A model generated the notes under the pieces. It was not told the DNA's origin. It did not search any database and worked only from the letters and a program-made list of their open reading frames with translations. Positions 58,088 to 64,000 of a stretch of 64,000 bases of DNA are shown one piece after another. The DNA is from Candidatus Thalassarchaeaceae archaeon (GTDB taxonomy: Archaea; Thermoplasmatota; Poseidoniia; Poseidoniales; Thalassarchaeaceae), in assembly GCA_030749075.1 (NCBI GenBank), contig JASMKR010000031.1, forward strand, positions 70,089-134,088, written 5' to 3'. Numbering within the stretch: the stretch's first letter is position 1; the number at the start of each line of letters is the position of its first letter. The translations under genes were made by a program, and so were the position numbers.

Positions 58088-61000
58088 ATGGCTGGACTGA
58101 AGTCGCTGTTTGGAGTTCTCGGATTGCTCCTTCTCTCCCCCTTCGCCCATTCGATTTCATTTGAAGTAGATGACTTTGAGGATTCAACCTCACACTCCAA
58201 TCAAATTTCCTCCCAAAGTGTTTGGAGAATGCTGACCAACCCCGTGCATTCTACCTACCAACTTACAGAGTCAACAGGACTAATCCACTCGCCATATGGG
58301 TCTTTCGATCCCGCCACTCACCCAGTTCCCCTCGGCCCCTGGGCAGAAGTAGGTTTGGAATCCCCTACCCGAGCGGGAATCTACATCCTCCAGTCCTCCA
58401 GTTCAGACTTGGTAGCCTTGACCGAGCAATTGTACTCATTGGAAATCCCGATAATTGACCTCATTCCTGACGAAGCACTAGTAGTCAGCCTTCCCGAAAT
58501 TCGGAGGGATGAGGCCCTTCGACAGATGCAGCATCTTCCGGGGGTTCGGTGGTCTGGCGATTTCCCCACTCTTTGGACCATCTCACCCGAACTCCTCCCC
58601 TTGCTGGGTTTCGATGATATCGAGGTCGACCTCGATGTCATCCCCTCATCAAATCTAATGCCTCACGAGATTGCTGACCTATCAACTGAACTCGCGGCGT
58701 TGTCACGTCCGTCGGATACACCTCCCAATTGTGACCCCTATCTCTGCCAGTTGAGGTCTGTTAGCCCCTCAATAATCACCACTCTGGCAATCGATTCGAG
58801 AATCATCAAGATTGAACCGGGCCCAACTTTAGCAATCCACAATTCCAACGCCAGCCTTATCGCAGGATTGGCCGCAGCTCTCACGACCTCCGACGACCTG
58901 TTGACCGGGGACGGCGAGGTAATTGGCATATCGGATACCGGGTTGGACGCCGATCACGGCGATTTCGAAGGGAGACTAAGGAATCCAATCTACAACCAGT
59001 TTGGACCAGACAATTCGGGAGCTGACGCAAATAGCGGACACGGTACCCACGTCACTGCAACACTCCTAGGTGATGGCTCAGGTGACTCTATTGCCACCGG
59101 AATGGTTCCTGAGGCAACATTCCACTTCTACCAACTGGAGGTCGACAGCTCCGGACTCCTAGCACGCTGGGGTTCCCTCTACGAGATGTTCCTGCACTCA
59201 TGGCAGAACGACGCCAAGATTCAGACCAATAGTTGGGGTTCTGATAATCTCGTCGGCCAGTACACTTCAGACTCTCGATCTGCTGATTCATTCACCTACG
59301 ATTACCCAAAGTTTCTGGTACTTTTCTCCGCGGGCGATATGGCTGAAGCGGGCGTTAATCCACCGAGTACTGCGAAGAATGTTCTCTCAGTCGGCTCCGC
59401 TACAACTGGCGCCTTCGACTCCGATCCAGTGGGCACGGTCCATGTTTCCTCATCTGTTGGCCCAACTCTCGATGGTAGGATCAAGCCCGATTTGGTTGCC
59501 CCGGGAGTCATGCTCTGCTCCGCTAGGGCGCAGGAGGCTGCATTCACAACCGGGGGCCCCTGCTCCCTCACAAACCACGAAGACGGCTCAACTCCACTCT
59601 ACATGACTCTGAATGGCAGTTCTATGGCGACCCCAGTAGTTGCCGGCGCTGCGGCCATGGCTAGGCAGTACCTGAGAGAAGTCGCCGGAATCTCCGAGCC
59701 TCGCTCTGACTTGATTCGTGCACTGTTGGTAAATGGTGCTGACGACCTCGGCGAGCCAGACGTGCCCAACCCATCTGAGGGCTGGGGCCAACTGAACCTG
59801 ACGAACAGCCTCTACCCAACAAAAGGAGGTCAGAACCTTTCAGTCCTCTACGACTATGGCCGTGCCCTTCTACCGGGACACAGTTTCATCTACACCTTCG
59901 AGCTGTTCGAAGGTGTAGGATTCGATGCAACCCTTGCTTGGAACGACCGCGAAGGTTCTGCTACTGCGGATCAGAATGCTAGCAGGTTGGTTAACGACCT
60001 AGATCTCACTATCATCTCTCCAGACGGTACCGCATACAGGGGTAACAACTTCATGGATGGCACAAGCTCTTCCGGTGGAAATAGGGACCAACTTAACAAT
60101 CTCGAGAGGGTCAGGCTCCCCACCGCTGAGGCAGGTCTGTGGACCATCCAGATCGGCCACTCTGGAGGATTCTCCCAGGACTTCTCCCTATTGTTCAGTG
60201 CTATGGCTGAGGAGAGAATGGAGGCAGATTTGACGGTTCTCCAAGATTCGATTACTACCTTGAACCAAAACCCCTTACAGGATGAGACGATATCAATCCA
60301 ACTGGCTTGGTCCAACCAGGCAGCGTCTCAAACCGGCCAGTACTCAATCAAGTTGGAAGATATTTCAGAGGGTGTCGTAATCCGGACTGATTCCTTCTCC
60401 TCCCTTGTCGGGGGAAGCGTCGAGTCACATTCCCTTTACCACTCGTTTTCGACGACTGGAGAGCACGTACTGCGTCTCACTCTGGACTACTTGTCTCAGG
60501 TCGATGAGCTCAATGACGAAACCACCGGAACGGACAACAATGTGTTCGAGTTCACCTTTGAAGTCACTCAGATTGGAGTCAGAATCATCCCCCTGATGGA
60601 GAACGGTTCTACCCCCAGCAGTTTCGAGGAAGGAATCCAGGCGCGTTCTAGGGATCTCGACCCTAGCACTGAGAGTTGGGTGGTCTTCCAACTTGAACTG
60701 AGGAATGAGGGGACTTCCGAGATTGATGTCAAACTGGGCGTTACCCAGATTCAGATGGTCGACGAGAATGGTATCCTAAAATCTCCAGGGGACGAATGGT
60801 GGCGAATACTCAACGAAAGTGGGGACGGTGACAACGATTTCTGGACCCTTTCTCCTTTCGGACAGGATGGTGACAGGAGGATTATTTCCCTGAATCTCTC
60901 CGATCAGGACGCTGATATCTCCAACAGTGCCGAAGCCAGATATGCGCTGCCTGGAAATTTCGTTTCGGACCTGACTCTTTATGACAAGAACGCGCCGACC

Positions 61001-62884
61001 ATCTCTCACTCTATTCGGCTGTCCATTAACGTCCAGAGGGTAGAGGGGCTGTACACAATCGCTGCTGGAACGGGTGGACTCGGGGCCGAGCCAGGCGAAT
61101 TCGCAGTATTTTCCTTATCCGTTAAGAACATTGGAAACGGGCCCACGCAGTATTTGATTTCATGTGACAGTCCTAACCGTTGGCTGATTAACATCGGCAA
61201 TAGCCAGTCATCCAATGTCACTCTCGGACCTCTCAGCAGGCTTCAGTTCGTCCCAATCCCAATACGTGTTAGGGTCCCGCCATCTTCAGGGGGACTTCCC
61301 GCAGGAACCACTGAACATGTAACCTGTTTGACTACGTCTGTGAACGACCCCACCCTCCAGACAACCGAAGAAGCTGAGGTCGAGGTATTCGAGAGCCGCT
61401 CTTTCTCGACAGAAATTTTCGATGCTGAGGCCAACCCTCTCGGCCCCATTGCTCTAGCGGAGTTCCGTTCAGTTCTCAATGGAGACTACGTCTCAACATT
61501 GCTGGCAATAAACAATGAAGGAAACATTCCCCTTCAATTTGAGGTCAGAGCCCTCTCCTCGAGCAACTTCTGGCCAATCCAAGTGTACGAAACAGGGGAA
61601 GGGCCGCCAATCGGCGAGATAGAGTCACTCACGGTGGTGCTGCAACCAGGTGACTCGGTTGAAATCAGCATCAGGACAATTGTTCCCCTTTCGGCACAGA
61701 AGGGTGACAGGAACACCATTACCATCAAAACCACATTGGAAGGGGGCCCAATTGTCAACAATGGAACCGAGTTGGAGGTCAGGGAGATCACCACACTGGA
61801 TGTCCAAATCTCTTCGGGATTTTCCATTGCCATGGGGAGGTCCGGTAACGCTGAGGTATTGCTTCACAATTCCGGAAACGTCCCCCTCTCAATCGAATTG
61901 ACACTGGGAACCCTTCCCACTGGATGGTCAGGGGGGTTCCTTTCGGGAAGGCAGTTCTCTATGGATATGAATCGAGACTCAGTCATCAGTATTGGACTAG
62001 AATTACCTGGCAGCATCCAGCCCGGACCAATCGCAGATAGCGTGCCCGTAATTGTCGAATCGACATCCCCAACTGGGGTCGTCGAAGTTCAGACGATTAA
62101 TCTCGATGTGACTGTCGTTCCTTCCGTATGGCTTTTGGTAGATGGTGAGATCACCCAATTACAGGGAATTGAGATCAATCAGCATCAGAGTTTCGTGGTG
62201 AATGTGCAGAATCTGGGGAACATTGCTACAGGGGTCAGCATGGGGGTGGAGGGATTGGAAGGATGGGATATTCTTCTAGTCCCAGCCTCCATCGACGACC
62301 TAGGCATCGGAGATTCGGCCGAAGTGAGTGTGTCTATTCGCCCAACGACATCTTCAGATGACGGCTTGAAGCAACTGCGCATTATTGCCAATTCTACAGT
62401 TACAAGTGAGGATGTCACTATCACCGATTCAGTCTACTCCGTTGATGTCAGTAGGGCTAGGCCATCGAATAATGGTGGGTTAGCAGGGGCTCTGGAAGCC
62501 ATTGGGCTACCTGCTTGGACACTTGCCATCTTCTTCCTGTTTTCTGTATCGGCCATCATAGTGGCGGGGATGAGAATGCACAGGACTCACGAGTCACTCA
62601 GACCCGAAGAGGAGATTATCCCTCGTGGTTCGGCTTTGCAGGCCGGCACCAAGGCCGAAAGACGTGCTGCGGCATTGGAAACCTCCTCCTCGGGTGAAGT
62701 CGTTACGGGAGAGGTTTCTTCCAGCGAGATTCAAGATGTCTTGACAACTTCTCTCCCCCCATTGCCCATTCATAGAGCCCCCGAAGGGGCTCCACCACTC
62801 CCTCGAGGGGGCCTTCCTGATGGATGGACGATGGAACAGTGGGTTTCCTACGGCTCCCTCTGGTGGGAACAGAACAGCCCCTAG
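58088..62884 (+). CDS. Large (1,598-aa) cell-surface subtilisin-like protease (peptidase S8) with ~1,100-aa C-terminal beta-sandwich extension, TM anchor and cytoplasmic tail
   Basis: The signal peptide is MAGLKSLFGVLGLLLLSPFAHS. The Asp motif is VIGISDTGLD, the His motif is HGTHVTATLLG and the Ser motif is GSSMATPVVAGAAAMA. The C-terminus is LPAWTLAIFFLFSVSAIIVAG followed by RMHRTHE... The extracellular part is rich in N-x-S/T. Confidence 0.8.
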   Translation: MAGLKSLFGVLGLLLLSPFAHSISFEVDDFEDSTSHSNQISSQSVWRMLTNPVHSTYQLTESTGLIHSPYGSFDPATHPVPLGPWAEVGLESPTRAGIYILQSSSSDLVALTEQLYSLEIPIIDLIPDEALVVSLPEIRRDEALRQMQHLPGVRWSGDFPTLWTISPELLPLLGFDDIEVDLDVIPSSNLMPHEIADLSTELAALSRPSDTPPNCDPYLCQLRSVSPSIITTLAIDSRIIKIEPGPTLAIHNSNASLIAGLAAALTTSDDLLTGDGEVIGISDTGLDADHGDFEGRLRNPIYNQFGPDNSGADANSGHGTHVTATLLGDGSGDSIATGMVPEATFHFYQLEVDSSGLLARWGSLYEMFLHSWQNDAKIQTNSWGSDNLVGQYTSDSRSADSFTYDYPKFLVLFSAGDMAEAGVNPPSTAKNVLSVGSATTGAFDSDPVGTVHVSSSVGPTLDGRIKPDLVAPGVMLCSARAQEAAFTTGGPCSLTNHEDGSTPLYMTLNGSSMATPVVAGAAAMARQYLREVAGISEPRSDLIRALLVNGADDLGEPDVPNPSEGWGQLNLTNSLYPTKGGQNLSVLYDYGRALLPGHSFIYTFELFEGVGFDATLAWNDREGSATADQNASRLVNDLDLTIISPDGTAYRGNNFMDGTSSSGGNRDQLNNLERVRLPTAEAGLWTIQIGHSGGFSQDFSLLFSAMAEERMEADLTVLQDSITTLNQNPLQDETISIQLAWSNQAASQTGQYSIKLEDISEGVVIRTDSFSSLVGGSVESHSLYHSFSTTGEHVLRLTLDYLSQVDELNDETTGTDNNVFEFTFEVTQIGVRIIPLMENGSTPSSFEEGIQARSRDLDPSTESWVVFQLELRNEGTSEIDVKLGVTQIQMVDENGILKSPGDEWWRILNESGDGDNDFWTLSPFGQDGDRRIISLNLSDQDADISNSAEARYALPGNFVSDLTLYDKNAPTISHSIRLSINVQRVEGLYTIAAGTGGLGAEPGEFAVFSLSVKNIGNGPTQYLISCDSPNRWLINIGNSQSSNVTLGPLSRLQFVPIPIRVRVPPSSGGLPAGTTEHVTCLTTSVNDPTLQTTEEAEVEVFESRSFSTEIFDAEANPLGPIALAEFRSVLNGDYVSTLLAINNEGNIPLQFEVRALSSSNFWPIQVYETGEGPPIGEIESLTVVLQPGDSVEISIRTIVPLSAQKGDRNTITIKTTLEGGPIVNNGTELEVREITTLDVQISSGFSIAMGRSGNAEVLLHNSGNVPLSIELTLGTLPTGWSGGFLSGRQFSMDMNRDSVISIGLELPGSIQPGPIADSVPVIVESTSPTGVVEVQTINLDVTVVPSVWLLVDGEITQLQGIEINQHQSFVVNVQNLGNIATGVSMGVEGLEGWDILLVPASIDDLGIGDSAEVSVSIRPTTSSDDGLKQLRIIANSTVTSEDVTITDSVYSVDVSRARPSNNGGLAGALEAIGLPAWTLAIFFLFSVSAIIVAGMRMHRTHESLRPEEEIIPRGSALQAGTKAERRAAALETSSSGEVVTGEVSSSEIQDVLTTSLPPLPIHRAPEGAPPLPRGGLPDGWTMEQWVSYGSLWWEQNSP

Positions 62885-62888
62885 GGGC

Positions 62889-62898
62889 GCTTCTTTTT
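62889..62898 (+). terminator. Oligo-T tract (CTTCTTTTTT followed by CCCCCC) immediately after the subtilase stop
   Basis: Read directly from the sequence. Archaeal transcription terminates at oligo-dT tracts. It is 20 nt upstream of the adk ATG. Confidence 0.4.
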
Positions 62899-62917
62899 TC
62901 CCCCCACCCTCTTTGGC

Positions 62918-63547
62918 ATGGCTGTGACGGGGTCAATCGTGCTATTCGGTCCTCCTGGGGCCGGCAAGGGAACACAAGCTACCCGAATTGTCGAATTGAC
63001 CGGAAAGCCCCAGATATCTACCGGAGACATGCTAAGAGCAGCAGTTGCCTCTGGCACCGAATTGGGCTTAGAGGCGAAGAGATACATGGATGCCGGCGGG
63101 CTTGTCCCCGATCAAGTCATCATCGGGCTGATCGAGGAGCGGCTCAAGGAGCCCGACGCGACAAACGGAGTGCTCTTCGACGGGTTCCCTAGAACCGTCC
63201 CCCAAGCCGAGGCCCTCGCTAGCATCACTGAAGTTTCCATTGTCATTTCCATAGAAGTTCCAGATGAGGATATTGTGGAGCGTATTGTCGGTAGGAGGAT
63301 GGACCCGGAAACCGGTGACATCTACCACATCTTGTTCAAACCACCCCCTTCAGCGATCGAAGACAGGCTCATTCAAAGGAAGGATGACACCGAAGAGACA
63401 GTGAGGAACCGACTTGATGCATATCACTTGCAAACAGAGCCTCTCGGCTCGTGGTATGGTAGCAGGGGGCTATTGGCTCCCGTCGACGGTAGTGGCACGA
63501 TATCCGAGGTGGGCGATGCGGTGGCCTCCGCTGTGATTGGACTTTGA
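62918..63547 (+). CDS. adk: Adenylate kinase (bacterial/eukaryal short-lid type)
   Basis: The P-loop is IVLFGPPGAGKGTQA. ISTGDMLRA and GFPRT are NMP-binding motifs. The product is 209 aa. Confidence 0.9.
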   Translation: MAVTGSIVLFGPPGAGKGTQATRIVELTGKPQISTGDMLRAAVASGTELGLEAKRYMDAGGLVPDQVIIGLIEERLKEPDATNGVLFDGFPRTVPQAEALASITEVSIVISIEVPDEDIVERIVGRRMDPETGDIYHILFKPPPSAIEDRLIQRKDDTEETVRNRLDAYHLQTEPLGSWYGSRGLLAPVDGSGTISEVGDAVASAVIGL

Positions 63548-63878
63548 GGTGCACATGAGAAGACGCAGACAACGCACTGGTCGGAAGCGGTTGGGACGTA
63601 AGGAGGGCGCCGCGAAGGCAATCCAGCACCTCTCAGGTATCCTTGGGGCGAGGCATATTTCCAATCAAGAGATTGCTGACAGCGCGGCACGCCAATTGAT
63701 GGGCATTGGAAGGAGGCACGGGGTTCGCGCCAAACCCCAGGTCACTCGAATGATTTGCAGGTCCTGCCACCTCTCCCTTATTCCCGGAAAGTCTTCTCGT
63801 GTCAGGATCTCCTCTGGCGTCATTACCAACTCATGCTTGAGGTGTGGTAGGGTCCGACGCTTAGGTCCGGATTTCTAG
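63537..63878 (+). CDS. rnp4: RNase P protein component 4 (Rpp21/Rpr2 family zinc-ribbon protein)
   Basis: CRSCHLSLIPGKSSRVRI....CLRCGRVRR is the Rpr2-type zinc ribbon with the LIPG.S.R motif. It overlaps the adk 3' end by 11 nt. A likely start is an internal Met (MRRRRQ..., 63555). Confidence 0.65.
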   Translation: MDFEVHMRRRRQRTGRKRLGRKEGAAKAIQHLSGILGARHISNQEIADSAARQLMGIGRRHGVRAKPQVTRMICRSCHLSLIPGKSSRVRISSGVITNSCLRCGRVRRLGPDF

Positions 63879-63890
63879 GGGGTCAATCGA

Positions 63891-64000
63891 ATGTCTGACT
63901 TTGTCCCGAAGGCGGTCTTGTCGAGGGCTAAAGGTAATCAGATTGAGGTCTCGGTCAGAATTGGGCGAAGTGGAATCACTGATGCCGTGATAGGGGAGCT
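63891..64000 (+). CDS. CRM-domain (YhbY-like) RNA-binding protein, 3' partial
   Basis: MSDFVPKAVLSRAKGNQIEVSVRIGRSGITDAVIGE matches the YhbY/CRS1 pattern V.iGK.GiTd.vi.E. It runs off the window edge. Confidence 0.5.
   Translation, partial: MSDFVPKAVLSRAKGNQIEVSVRIGRSGITDAVIGE

Overview
This window is a 64-kb chromosomal stretch from a high-GC archaeon (roughly 57% GC by eye). Several archaeal-type genes support that: CDP-archaeol synthase, archaeal S15, PheT beta subunit, type-II GAPDH, RNase P Rpp21, archaeosine synthase, XPD helicase and STT3/AglB. Taken together with the subtilisin proteases and the many giant surface proteins, each anchored by one C-terminal helix and carrying many N-x-S/T sequons, the content fits a marine heterotrophic euryarchaeote of the Poseidoniales (MGII) kind. 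That placement is inference only. Coding density is high. Housekeeping genes (gdhA, purD, carS, dnaJ, arcS, rps15, gltX, rnhB, pheT, gap, adk, rnp4) are interleaved with very large envelope genes. The most unusual of these is a single 9.5-kb ORF in which an AglB/STT3 oligosaccharyltransferase core sits between an extra N-terminal membrane domain and about 1,900 aa of predicted extracellular beta-sandwich modules ending in a C-terminal anchor. A secreted S8 protease and a 1,445-aa parallel-beta-helix surface protein lie immediately downstream. Other unusual loci are listed below.
- wHTH / NB-ARC-like / TPR STAND NTPase, which is an AfsR/SARP-like architecture.
- 1,908-aa secreted protein with about 22 thrombospondin-type-3-like Ca-binding repeats.
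- Pyroglutamyl-peptidase I fused to a NUDIX hydrolase.
- Tandem-receiver protein fused to a PEP-synthase-like ATP-binding domain whose swivel-domain His appears replaced.
- RHH regulator divergent from an HD phosphohydrolase, with nested TTGCA palindromes in the shared promoter.
- Permuted GltB-like protein (GXGXG domain before the FMN barrel).
I found no CRISPR arrays, transposases, integrases, tRNA genes or rRNA genes. Trimmed start coordinates, where given, are my own inference from N-terminal motifs and signal peptides.
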